64,000 nt of DNA from Planctomycetota bacterium (GCA_023150555.1 JAKLKQ010000028.1:9764-73763), one strand, 5' to 3'. Positions 43,966-52,473 are shown, numbered from the stretch's first letter. The notes: generated by a model not told the origin, from the letters alone. Numbers and translations are program-made.

Positions 43966-44277
43966 ATGCCGCATCCGTCCCAAGCGCCCACCGTCCGTCG
44001 CCCCTGGGAGGTCGCACGCTGGGGCCGTCTGCTGGCCGGCGCGAGCACGCTGGCCTTCACGGTGCTGGGCATGCTGGTCGATCCGCTGTGGCATATCGGC
44101 ACGCTGCTGGGCGCGCTGAACCTGGTGGTGACGGCCGTCACCGACCGCTGCGTGCTGCGCGATGCCCTGCTGCGCCTCGGCGCGAAGGAGCGCGAGGACC
44201 TCTTTCTGCCCGGCGGCGGGGTGCGGCCGGAGGCCCGGCGCGCCGGGCGCGGAAGCGCTGTCCTCATCCGGCGGTAG
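43966..44277 (+). CDS. DUF2892 (YgaP-like) small membrane protein, paralogue 2
   Basis: GGAAGGAGGA RBS. ARWGRLLAGASTLAFTVL ... NLVVTAVTDRCVLRDALLRLGAKE aligns along its length with 13888..14154. Confidence 0.7.
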   Translation: MPHPSQAPTVRRPWEVARWGRLLAGASTLAFTVLGMLVDPLWHIGTLLGALNLVVTAVTDRCVLRDALLRLGAKEREDLFLPGGGVRPEARRAGRGSAVLIRR

Positions 44278-44365
44278 GAATTTGACGGAATTGCTTGGCT
44301 CAAAGGGACGTACCGAAAGTACATCGGTTAGGAAGGCGGAAGAGCGTAGAGCAAAGGAGCTTCCC

Positions 44366-45250
44366 GTGGGCCAACAGATCAAATGCAATCCCATGCCGGA
44401 CGACGTGCGGCGCCTGCGCGCGATGCGCGTCGCCCTGCCGGGCCTGGGCGGCGTCGGCGGTGGACACGCCCAGGTGCTGGCCGAGATGGGCGTCGGCGCG
44501 TTCCACCTCGCGGACTTCGACACCTTCGACCTTGTCAACTTCAATCGGCAGCTCGGCGCGACGATGTCCAGTCTGGGCCGCCTGAAGGCAGACGTTACGG
44601 GCGAACTGATTCGCAAGACGAATCCCGCCGCCGAGGTGACGCTCTTCCGCGATGGCATCCAGCCGGAGAACATCGGCGCGTTCCTCAAGAACGTGGACGT
44701 TGTGGTGGACGGCATCGAGTTCTTCGCCATCGGCGTGCGCCGCATGCTCTACAAGGCCAGCCGCGAACGCCGCATCCCGGTGATCCACGCCGGGCCCATC
44801 GGCTACGGCGCGACGGTGCTGGTATTCGCGCCGGACGGGCCATCCTTCGACGAGTACTTCCGCATTGACGATCGTATGACGCGCGCCGAAATGCTGGCCG
44901 CGCACGCGCTGGGGCACGGCACGGGCTTTAAGAGCGACCTCGATCCGTCGCGCGTGGACTTCCACAAGCGCACCGGCCCGGCGCTGGCCCCGGCCTGCAT
45001 GTTCTGCTCGGCGCTGGCCGCGCAGGAGGTGCTGCGCCTGGCGCGCGGCGAACCATTCCAGGCCACGGCGCCGCGCAACGGATGCTACGTCGATTTGTTC
45101 TACGGGCGCGTGCTGCCGCTGCGGCCCAAGCCCAGTCTGACGCGCACGCTGCGTGGGCGTCTACTGAGGCGCATCATCTTCCGCAGGATGCCGGGCCTGC
45201 GCGAACTGCACGAGACGGAACTGCTGCAACGGAACGCGACCCTCGCCTGA
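44366..45250 (+). CDS. ThiF/MoeB/HesA-family E1-like adenylyltransferase
   Basis: AAAGGAG RBS before GTG 44366. LPGLGGVGGGHAQVLAEMGVGAFHLADFDTFDLVNFNRQ is the E1 nucleotide-binding motif. There is no rhodanese or Ub-like partner domain. Confidence 0.75.
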   Translation: MGQQIKCNPMPDDVRRLRAMRVALPGLGGVGGGHAQVLAEMGVGAFHLADFDTFDLVNFNRQLGATMSSLGRLKADVTGELIRKTNPAAEVTLFRDGIQPENIGAFLKNVDVVVDGIEFFAIGVRRMLYKASRERRIPVIHAGPIGYGATVLVFAPDGPSFDEYFRIDDRMTRAEMLAAHALGHGTGFKSDLDPSRVDFHKRTGPALAPACMFCSALAAQEVLRLARGEPFQATAPRNGCYVDLFYGRVLPLRPKPSLTRTLRGRLLRRIIFRRMPGLRELHETELLQRNATLA

Positions 45251-45283
45251 AGCGAGGGCGCGCGCAATAAAGGAGGCGTATCC

Positions 45284-46363
45284 ATGGTGACGACCGCCAC
45301 GCTGGAATCAAGGCTCGCGGCGCAGAGAGCCGGCTCCGAAAGTGACCTCGACTTCGAAGGCCTCATCTTCATCGGCTGCGGACACACCGCGTCGCAGCTG
45401 CTCTGGGCCGGCTGCGAGTTCGACCTCTTCTCGCTGATTGACCGCGACGGGCCCCGCACGCGCGAAGAGATCGCCTCGGCGCTGAAGATCGACGCACAGC
45501 CCGCGCGCATCCTGCTCGACGGGCTCGCCGCTATGAAGGTGCTGCGCAAGGAAGGCGCGCGCTACGCGAACTCGGCGGCGGCCGCGCGGCACCTGGTGCG
45601 CGGGAAGCCCGAGTGCATGATTGCGACCTTTGGCTGGCAGCACCACATCGTCTACCCGGGGCTGCTGGACTTCATCGAGTCGTTGAAGGCCAACCGCAAC
45701 GTCGGCTTGCGCCGCTTTCCCGGCGATGGCGAGACCCTGTACCAGCGCCTGACGCAGGATCCGAAGACCGAGCGCATCTTCCAGGACGCGATGAGCGGCC
45801 TCAGCGCGCAGGCCAACCGCGTGCTGGCGCAGGTCGCGAATCTGAAGGACACGCGGCACATCGTTGACCTCGGCGGAGGCGACGGCAGCAACTTGGTGGC
45901 GCTGACCGAGCGTTACGCGCAACTGCGCGGCACGGTCTTCGACGGCGCGACGGTGCTGGAGGCCGCGCGCGGAAAAATAGCGGCGGCGGGCCGGCAAGAG
46001 CGCATCGGTACGCACCCCGGCGACTTCCTCGTCGATCCGCTGCCCGCGGACGCCGATGCCTTTCTGCTCGCGCACATCTGCACGATCTGGTCGCCCGAGC
46101 GCAACACGGCGCTATTCCGCAAGTGCTGCGCGGCGCTGCCGCCGGGCGGCAAGCTGCTGGTCTTCAACATGGTCACCGACGACGGCGGGGCCGGCCCGCT
46201 GATGTGCGCGCTGGGTTCGCCGTACTTCCAGGCCGTCGCCAGCGGCGAGGGGATGCTCTACAGCGCCGGCGAGATCGAGGGCTGGCTGCGCGAAGCCGGC
46301 TTCGTGCGGACCACGCGGCAGAAGCTGCCCATGGAGCACGTGCTGATCGAGGCGGTGAAGTAG
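45284..46363 (+). CDS. Class I SAM-dependent O-methyltransferase (family 2, COMT/CrtF-like, with N-terminal dimerisation/wHTH domain)
   Basis: AAAGGAGG RBS. HIVDLGGGDGSNLVAL is motif I. FLLAHICTIWSPE and GGKLLVFNMV are also present. Confidence 0.85.
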   Translation: MVTTATLESRLAAQRAGSESDLDFEGLIFIGCGHTASQLLWAGCEFDLFSLIDRDGPRTREEIASALKIDAQPARILLDGLAAMKVLRKEGARYANSAAAARHLVRGKPECMIATFGWQHHIVYPGLLDFIESLKANRNVGLRRFPGDGETLYQRLTQDPKTERIFQDAMSGLSAQANRVLAQVANLKDTRHIVDLGGGDGSNLVALTERYAQLRGTVFDGATVLEAARGKIAAAGRQERIGTHPGDFLVDPLPADADAFLLAHICTIWSPERNTALFRKCCAALPPGGKLLVFNMVTDDGGAGPLMCALGSPYFQAVASGEGMLYSAGEIEGWLREAGFVRTTRQKLPMEHVLIEAVK

Positions 46364-46494
46364 CGCTTCCCATTGGCTTTCCGGATCCACGCTGGACGTT
46401 GCGCGCGGGGCGGGGGCGGCTATCGTTATGTTCCCGAGGGGCGAAGGAACGCCCCGAGAGCGCCCACCATCGTTCACGAAAGCGAGTCCAACCC

Positions 46495-47547
46495 ATGCCG
46501 CAGAAGCTGCGCTGCGCCGTCATCGGCGCCGGAGGCATCGCACGGTCCCACATCCTAGGTTTCCGCAAGCACGCCTCGGCCGAGGTCGTCGCGATCGCGG
46601 AACTCAGCCCCGAACGCCGCCAGGAGGCGATGACCAACTTCGAGATTCCCCGCGGGGTGGAGAACTACAAGGAGCTGCTTGAGGACAAGAGCATCGACAT
46701 CGTCTCCATCGCGCTGCCGAACTTCCTGCATTCGCAGGTGGCCGTCGAGGCCATCAACGCCGGCAAGCACGTGCTGCTGGAGAAGCCCATGGCCACGCAC
46801 GCGTCCGAGGCGCAGAAGATCCTCGACGCGCTCAAGAAGAAGAAGGTCGTCTTCATGGTCGGGCAGAACTGGCGCTTCGAGAAGGAACCGCAGATCGTCA
46901 AGGACTACGTCACGCGCGGCGAACTCGGCGACGTGTACCACGCGCGCGCGTGGTGGCTGCGCCCCAGCGGCATCCCGCGCATCGGTTCGTGGTTCACGCA
47001 GAAGAAGTTCGGCGGCGGCGGCTGCGGCTACGACATCGGCGTGCACATGCTCGACTGCACCCTGCACCTGATGGGCTGCTTCGACGCAGTGGCCGTCAGC
47101 GGTCTGACCTACGCGAAGTTCGGCCCGCGCGGCCTGGGCGGCGGCGGATGGGGCAAGGGCGAGATCGACCCGAACAAGCCCTTCGACGTTGAGGACTATG
47201 CCGGAGCGCTGATCAAGCTCAAGAACGGTTCCAGCGTGATGCTGGAAGTCAGCTGGGCGATGCAGGCCGATCCGACGGTCGGCTACGGCATCTCGCTGTT
47301 CGGCACCGAGGCCGGCGCGCAGATCAATCCGGTCAAGATCATTCGCATCCGCGAAGGCCGCAACGAGGTCGCCACGCCGACCTACCAGAAGCTGGCGCTG
47401 CCCGAGGACCGCATGGTCCACTTCATGGACTGCGTCGTCAATGGCGCCGAGCCCGTGGTGAAGCCCGAACAGTCCTTCAAGGTCCAGCGCATCCTCGACG
47501 CGATCTACGAATCTGCTTCGAGCGGCAAGGAAGTGCGCCTGGACTGA
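46495..47547 (+). CDS. Gfo/Idh/MocA-family NAD(P)-dependent oxidoreductase
   Basis: LRCAVIGAGGIARSHILGF is the Rossmann start, and HVLLEKPMA is the family motif. Start at ATG 46495 inside track ORF 46123..47547. Confidence 0.9.
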   Translation: MPQKLRCAVIGAGGIARSHILGFRKHASAEVVAIAELSPERRQEAMTNFEIPRGVENYKELLEDKSIDIVSIALPNFLHSQVAVEAINAGKHVLLEKPMATHASEAQKILDALKKKKVVFMVGQNWRFEKEPQIVKDYVTRGELGDVYHARAWWLRPSGIPRIGSWFTQKKFGGGGCGYDIGVHMLDCTLHLMGCFDAVAVSGLTYAKFGPRGLGGGGWGKGEIDPNKPFDVEDYAGALIKLKNGSSVMLEVSWAMQADPTVGYGISLFGTEAGAQINPVKIIRIREGRNEVATPTYQKLALPEDRMVHFMDCVVNGAEPVVKPEQSFKVQRILDAIYESASSGKEVRLD

Positions 47548-47594
47548 CCGCTGCCGCGAAGAGTAAGGTTTGAAGGGTAAAGGTTGAAGTCATA

Positions 47595-47630
47595 GAGCGC
47601 CGCCCGGGCAACGGGCGGCGCTCATTTTTT
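47595..47630. terminator. Bidirectional rho-independent terminator
   Basis: Perfect 12-bp stem GAGCGCCGCCCG/CGGGCGGCGCTC, loop GGCAA, then A-TTTTTT. It lies between convergent genes. Confidence 0.75.
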
Positions 47631-47639
47631 GTGTCACCA

Positions 47640-48071
47640 TCACGGGTCGAAGGACCAGATCCAGAAGAACAGGTATAGCAGCAGCCCGGTGGCCATCAAT
47701 GCGCCCATGAAGACGCCGAAGCCGCCGGCCGCGCCGGTCAAAAGCGCGCCGCAGCCGCCGATGCCGAGCACCGAGATCATCATCGAGCGCAGCGAGAAGC
47801 GCTTGTGCGTGAAGCCGAAGAAGATCACGCCAAGCCACGCCGCGGAAGATACCATGGCCGCGAGCGCGCAGGGATAAGCCAGGCAAGCGATGGCGGCGGC
47901 CAACTGCGTATCGACGAACGTAGCCAGCGCGCCGAAGACCAGAAAGGCCAGCATCCAGTTCAGGCAACGGTACGTGAATCCCCGTGTGGCGTTCCGTGCC
48001 TTCAGCCAGGGATCGGAAAGGGCGATGGGCGGACCGCCAAGAGCGTCGTTCATGCCGTCACTATACCCCAC
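47640..48071 (-). CDS. Membrane protein of unknown function (4 TM)
   Basis: Hydrophobic segments are LNWMLAFLVFGALATFV, AIACLAYPCALAAMV, WLGVIFFGF and GALMATGLLLYLFFWIW. Confidence 0.6.
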   Translation of the reverse strand: MGYSDGMNDALGGPPIALSDPWLKARNATRGFTYRCLNWMLAFLVFGALATFVDTQLAAAIACLAYPCALAAMVSSAAWLGVIFFGFTHKRFSLRSMMISVLGIGGCGALLTGAAGGFGVFMGALMATGLLLYLFFWIWSFDP

Positions 48072-48187
48072 GCGCAGGGCGAGCCGCGGGCGCCCGACCC
48101 GGCGTTTCCGTCACTTTATCCTTAACCCTTGACTCCTTATCCTTTGCCGGCGTCAGCGGAGTGTAAAACCTTCAACGCGAGGTCCCC

Positions 48188-48970
48188 ATGTCCTTCGTCC
48201 ATGCGCATTTCTTCAGCGATGTGTTGCAGAAGCAGGTGCAGTGCTACGTGCTGTTGCCCGACGCCGGGCGCGGGCCGTTCCCGGTGCTGTACCTGCTCCA
48301 CGGCCGCAGCGACGATCACACCATCTGGCACCGCCGCACGCGCATCGAGCAGCTGGTGCGCGGGATGCCGTTGGCGGTCGTGATGCCCGACGGTTTCCGC
48401 GGTTTCTACACCGACAACGAATCGGGCCCCGCGTACGCCCGCTACCTTTACGAGGACGTGATCGGCTTCGTCGAGCGAACCTTTCCGGTCGCCCACAGGC
48501 GTTCGGCGCGTTGCATCGGCGGCTTAAGCATGGGCGGATACGGCGCCCTGCGCGCGGCCTTCGCGCGTCCGGACCTCTTCGCCAGCGCGCACAGCCACAG
48601 CGGCGCGTTGAAAGCTGGGCATAACCCGGTCCGGTTCGCCAGCTCGCAACCGGGCGAAGACCGCCTGATCTTCGGCGCGCGCCCCGCCGGCAGCGCGCAC
48701 GACCTGTTCGCATGGGCGGCGACGCGAAAGCGCCAGGGCACGCGGCTGCCGAAGCTGCGCATCGACTGCGGCGTGGACGATTACCTGATCGAACATAACC
48801 GCGCGTTTCACGATCACCTGGAGGCGCTGAAGATCCCGCACGAGTACCGCGAGTTCGCCGGCGCGCACGACTGGGCATACTGGGACGAACACATCGGCGA
48901 GGCGCTCGCCTTCCACGCCCGTGCGCTCAAACTGCCGGGCCACGCGCAGGCCATCAAGGGCCAGCGCTGA
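48188..48970 (+). CDS. Esterase D / putative-esterase family serine hydrolase
   Basis: FPVLYLLHG and the nucleophile elbow GGLSMGGYGAL. The layout resembles S-formylglutathione hydrolase/EstA-like enzymes. Confidence 0.85.
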   Translation: MSFVHAHFFSDVLQKQVQCYVLLPDAGRGPFPVLYLLHGRSDDHTIWHRRTRIEQLVRGMPLAVVMPDGFRGFYTDNESGPAYARYLYEDVIGFVERTFPVAHRRSARCIGGLSMGGYGALRAAFARPDLFASAHSHSGALKAGHNPVRFASSQPGEDRLIFGARPAGSAHDLFAWAATRKRQGTRLPKLRIDCGVDDYLIEHNRAFHDHLEALKIPHEYREFAGAHDWAYWDEHIGEALAFHARALKLPGHAQAIKGQR

Positions 48971-48991
48971 ACGGCAGGCTGGGCACCGACG

Positions 48992-49543
48992 CTAGAACAG
49001 GTCTTCCTCGGAAAAGACAACATCCTTGTGCTGCCGCAGGTGGAAGAGGAACCACTGCAGCGGCGCGCGGTCCTTGCCGCGCGTGCAGCCGTCGAGCATC
49101 AGGAACGCAGTAAAAAGGTTCCAGTCGCCGATCGCGGCAAACAGGCTGTCGAGTCGCGCGCGGTCCAATTGCCTTTTGACCTGCTCCTTGCGCCAAAGCG
49201 CATACGGTTCGTCGTGGAACTGCACCATGGCAAGCAGGTCCTCGTCGGCGCAGAACTCGGCCAGGAACGCGCGGCCCAGCGAAGCGTGGCTGCGCGGATC
49301 TGTGATCGCGACGCCTCGCTCGGCATGCGGCTTGCAGATGTCGTGCACGTGGATCAGCAGGCGCAGCTTAGCCGGCGCGTCGGGCGGAAGCTTGTGCGTG
49401 AGCCGGTTGAGATTGCCTTCCAGCTCTTCGAAGTGGGCGCGCAGGGTGCATTCGGGATGCCCGTGGCGGGGCTTGCCCCAGTCAAGATTCCTGCGGTAGC
49501 GCTCGTCCGCCTGGACGGAGTGAAGGATGGTCGCGTAGTTCAT
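48992..49543 (-). CDS. HD-superfamily metal-dependent phosphohydrolase-like protein
   Basis: HPECTLRAH ... LLIHVHDICKP is an H...HD motif. Small single-domain protein. Confidence 0.65.
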   Translation of the reverse strand: MNYATILHSVQADERYRRNLDWGKPRHGHPECTLRAHFEELEGNLNRLTHKLPPDAPAKLRLLIHVHDICKPHAERGVAITDPRSHASLGRAFLAEFCADEDLLAMVQFHDEPYALWRKEQVKRQLDRARLDSLFAAIGDWNLFTAFLMLDGCTRGKDRAPLQWFLFHLRQHKDVVFSEEDLF

Positions 49544-49645
49544 AACGCAGGGCCTTGTTCATGTCGCATCTCGCTCGTATTGGTGCCCAATAAACCCCAT
49601 GCTGCGGGACAAAGTCAAATCGTGAACCTGGAATTCACAAAAAAT

Positions 49646-50491
49646 TCAGGTCAGCCCGAGCTCGGCCAGCGAATCGCGATAGATGATGCCGTCGGTGACC
49701 TCGCGCGCGATGGGCGGCAGGTTGTACTGCGCGGCGTAGTCGTTCATCTTCTTCAGCGCGTCGATACTCTGCTGCGTGGTGGTGAAAGGATAGTCGCTGC
49801 CCAGCAGGAGCTTGCGGTGCGTGCCGTATTCCTCGGCCAGCTTCAGCGCCTGGTAGTACTGGTAGGGGCGATAGAAGAGCGCCGAGACGTCCGCGTAGAC
49901 GTTGGGCTGCTTGCGGATCAGCGAGACGCATTCGCCGATCCACGGATGGCCCATGTGCGCGACGATCATCTTCAGCTCGGGATGCCGGTAGGCGATGTCC
50001 TCGAGCTGCACCGGGTTCGCGAACTTCAGCGGCGCGCGGTAGGCGAAGGTCGTGCCCTGGTGGAAGAGCACCGGCAGCTTCTTCTTTTCCGCGTACGCGT
50101 AGATGGGCCGCAGGCGTTCGTCGTCCGGATGCACGCCCTGGTACGTCGGCCCCAGCTTCACGCCGCGCATGCCGAATTCATCGACGCAGCGTTTGATCTC
50201 GTCGGCGGCCGGATCGTCGACCAGCGGGTCGGCGCAGGCGAAGCCGATCAGGCGCTTGGGATCGGTGGCGACGTACTCGGCGACGTGGTCGTTCTTGACG
50301 TTCAGGCCGCAGTTGCTGGCGCGCAGGCCGAAGACCACCGCGCGTTCAGCGCCGGCGATGGCCGCGCGGTGCGATTCGGGCGTGATCTCCAGCATGCCGG
50401 GCGCGCCGCCGGCCCTGCGCATGTCGCGCTCGACCTCGGGCCCCAGGTCGAGGTCCTTCTTCCAGAAGTGCGTGTGGACGTCGACGATCAT
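49646..50491 (-). CDS. Amidohydrolase-2 (ACMSD-like TIM-barrel metal hydrolase)
   Basis: MIVDVHTHFW N-terminal HxH, plus VAHMGHPW and LLGSDYPF motifs. Confidence 0.85.
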   Translation of the reverse strand: MIVDVHTHFWKKDLDLGPEVERDMRRAGGAPGMLEITPESHRAAIAGAERAVVFGLRASNCGLNVKNDHVAEYVATDPKRLIGFACADPLVDDPAADEIKRCVDEFGMRGVKLGPTYQGVHPDDERLRPIYAYAEKKKLPVLFHQGTTFAYRAPLKFANPVQLEDIAYRHPELKMIVAHMGHPWIGECVSLIRKQPNVYADVSALFYRPYQYYQALKLAEEYGTHRKLLLGSDYPFTTTQQSIDALKKMNDYAAQYNLPPIAREVTDGIIYRDSLAELGLT

Positions 50492-50530
50492 GCGTCGTCC
50501 CCGAAGCCGGCGCGATTATAGCGCTTGCGG

Positions 50531-51859
50531 CTACAGCTTGGCGAGAATCTCCCGCGTGACGGCCAGTGTGCGGTCGATGTTGGCCTCAGTGTGCGCGGCG
50601 GAGATGCTGCCCTGCTTGGTCGGCATCGGGAAGTGGTAGATCCCGCGCTCGATCAGCGCGCGGCGGTACTTCGTGTCGAAGGCGAAGTCGTGGCGTTCGC
50701 GCAGGTCGTGCCAGTCGCGCGGGGGGCCGTCCATGAAGTACGCGCAGAAGGCGCTGCCCTGCCGCGCGACGTGCGCCGTCACGCCGGCGTCGGCGAAGAG
50801 TTTGCGCAGGCCTTCCTCCATGCGGCGGCCGAGGTTCTCGAGGCGCTCGTACACGGCCCCGCCGTCCGCACGCAGTTTCTCGATCGTCGCGATGGCCGCG
50901 GCGACGACCAACGGGTGCCCGTTGTACGTGCCGGCGATCAGCACGCGGCGCTTGGCATCCGGCGTGTCGAAGAGATCCATCACTTCGCTTTTTCCCGCGA
51001 TCGCGCCGATGGGGTAGCCGTTGGCGACGGCCTTGCCGAAGGTCGCCAGGTCCGGCGTAACGCCGCAGATGGACTGGTAGCCGCCCAACGCCGAGCGGAA
51101 GCCCGTCTTCACCTCGTCGAAGACCAGCAGCGCGCCGTGGCGGTCGCAGAGTTCCCGCAGGCCTTTCAGGTAGCCGTCGCGCGGCTTGACGATGCCGATG
51201 TTCTGCAGGATGGGCTCGGCGATCACGCACGCGATCTTGTGCTTCTTGAACACGTACTCGACGCTCTCGAGGTCGTTGAAGTTGACGGTATGGACGTCCT
51301 TCGCCGTCGCGTCCGGAATGCCGGCGGACAGCGGCAGGAAAGGGTACTCGCCGGGCGAGACCCGCGGGCCGGTGGCTTCGGCGGGCGGCATCACCGCGCG
51401 CGCGACCGCGTCGTGCCAGCCGTTGTAGCCGCCCAGCATCACGACCACGCCGTCGCGGCCCGTGAACGAACGCGATAGACGCAAGGCGTGATACGTCGCC
51501 TCGCTGCCGCTGCACGTCAGCTGCACCTTGTCGGCGCACGGCACGGCCTCGGCGATGAGTTCGCACAGCCGGCCTTCCCAAGGCGTGGTGCCGCTGCCCA
51601 TCAGCGTCGCCTCGTCGGCGAGGGTCCGCTGTACGGCGGCGTTGACGTCGGGATCGTTGTGGCCCAACAGGTACGGCGCGAAGCCGGCGTGGTAGTCGAG
51701 GTACTCGTTGCCGTCGGCGTCCCACACGCGCGCGCCGCGCGCTTTCACGAACGCGATGGCGGGCTCGACCTTGCGGTTCAGGCTGACCATGCCGCCGGGG
51801 ATCACGGCGCGGTTGCGTTCCAGCAGCGCTTGGGAGGCAGCGCGGGGCAGGGCGGTCAT
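50531..51859 (-). CDS. Class-III PLP-dependent aminotransferase (glutamate-1-semialdehyde aminomutase-like)
   Basis: Start at ATG 51859 (AAGGAG RBS) inside track ORF 50531..52051. SGSEATYHALRLSR, LVFDEVKTGFR and the PLP lysine in TFGKAVANG. Confidence 0.9.
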   Translation of the reverse strand: MTALPRAASQALLERNRAVIPGGMVSLNRKVEPAIAFVKARGARVWDADGNEYLDYHAGFAPYLLGHNDPDVNAAVQRTLADEATLMGSGTTPWEGRLCELIAEAVPCADKVQLTCSGSEATYHALRLSRSFTGRDGVVVMLGGYNGWHDAVARAVMPPAEATGPRVSPGEYPFLPLSAGIPDATAKDVHTVNFNDLESVEYVFKKHKIACVIAEPILQNIGIVKPRDGYLKGLRELCDRHGALLVFDEVKTGFRSALGGYQSICGVTPDLATFGKAVANGYPIGAIAGKSEVMDLFDTPDAKRRVLIAGTYNGHPLVVAAAIATIEKLRADGGAVYERLENLGRRMEEGLRKLFADAGVTAHVARQGSAFCAYFMDGPPRDWHDLRERHDFAFDTKYRRALIERGIYHFPMPTKQGSISAAHTEANIDRTLAVTREILAKL

Positions 51860-51883
51860 CGGCAACTCCTTGGCAAGTTCCAC

Positions 51884-51912
51884 ACTATAGAACATATGTT
51901 CTATAAAATGAA
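51884..51912 (-). promoter_or_regulatory. Sigma70-like promoter TTCATT-N17-TATAGT for the aminotransferase operon
   Basis: On the minus strand: TTCATT (51912-51907), the 17-nt spacer TTATAGAACATATGTTC, then TATAGT (51889-51884). The ATG lies about 25 nt downstream. Confidence 0.45.
51886..51905. promoter_or_regulatory. Perfect 20-bp palindromic operator candidate TATAGAACAT|ATGTTCTATA
   Basis: It is self-complementary over all 20 positions and occupies the spacer and -10 of the predicted promoter. The core GAAC-N4-GTTC equals the Cheo-box (Gram-positive-type LexA) core. Confidence 0.5.
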
Positions 51913-52056
51913 TATAGCCGGGCGGGCGGCGGTGGGAAGCCCCAATTTCTCGGAAAATTCCGTGGCCCGGCCGTTTGACTTCGTGCCCGGGATGGGGTTT
52001 GTTGTCGAGAACGCCGCGCAATCCAGTGAGGCTGAAAGGAACAAGGTGCACCTCTG

Positions 52057-52191
52057 ATGAAACCGTTCTCGATCAACCACGGCCAGGGTACCGGTACCGC
52101 TTTGGCGGTGGCGGCTGGCGTCGCGCTGAAGGCCAAGGCCAAGCGCACGCAGACCCCGACCGATACGGGAGACCCATCGCCTCCAGCCTGA
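52057..52191 (+). CDS. Possible 44-aa small protein (MKPFSINHGQGTGTALAVAAGVALKAKAKRTQTPTDTGDPSPPA)
   Basis: ATG 52057 to TGA 52189-52191; too short for the ORF track. GC3 is about 77%, similar to real genes here. AGGAACAAGG lies upstream, and a strong terminator lies 27 nt downstream. Confidence 0.3.
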   Translation: MKPFSINHGQGTGTALAVAAGVALKAKAKRTQTPTDTGDPSPPA

Positions 52192-52217
52192 GCGCGCGAA
52201 ACGTGATCGCTGACCAA

Positions 52218-52250
52218 GGGCCGGAGGCAAAACCTCCGGCCCTTTTCGTT
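52218..52250 (+). terminator. Rho-independent terminator
   Basis: Perfect 10-bp stem GGGCCGGAGG/CCTCCGGCCC, loop CAAAA, then TTTTCGTT. Confidence 0.7.
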
Positions 52251-52284
52251 GGCCGGAGCCTCCGGATGCAGAAAGGAGCCGGCC

Positions 52285-52473
52285 ATGCAAAGTACACAGG
52301 CGTTTCAATTACCCAGCAACAGTCATCGCAGGCCGCGCGGCGGACGCCGCCTCGCCCCCGTGGTGCAGCGGCGTTGCCGCGAGTGCGGCGGCGTGCTGAG
52401 ACCGTACGGCGAGACGGGGCGCTGGGCGTGCGAACGCTGCGCGCGCGTCGTCGAACCGTTCGAGTCGCGCTAA
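52285..52473 (+). CDS. Zinc-ribbon miniprotein (62 aa)
   Basis: AAAGGAG RBS 6 nt before ATG 52285. CRECGGVLRPYGETGRWACERC has two CxxC pairs. Confidence 0.55.
   Translation: MQSTQAFQLPSNSHRRPRGGRRLAPVVQRRCRECGGVLRPYGETGRWACERCARVVEPFESR

Noticed and set aside
44284-44365. Short precursor-peptide ORF or TTG-extended start upstream of the ThiF-like gene
   Set aside because: There is no ATG/GTG-initiated mini-ORF with an RBS in the 88-nt spacer. The in-frame TTG at 44284 has no proper SD spacing, whereas GTG 44366 has AAAGGAG upstream.
51886-51905. Calling the palindrome a bona fide LexA/SOS box
   Set aside because: The core matches the Cheo box, but the flanking genes are not SOS genes. No lexA/recA is in the window, and the LexA motif of this lineage is unknown to me. 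I kept it as an operator of unknown regulator.
52020-52050. SRP (4.5S) RNA-like motif GAGGCUGAAAGGAACAAGG
   Set aside because: It superficially resembles the GGAA-tetraloop/AGCA helix-8 region. However, it lacks the conserved AGCA/GGAA symmetric-loop residues and the expected long closing helix. It overlaps a plausible RBS instead.
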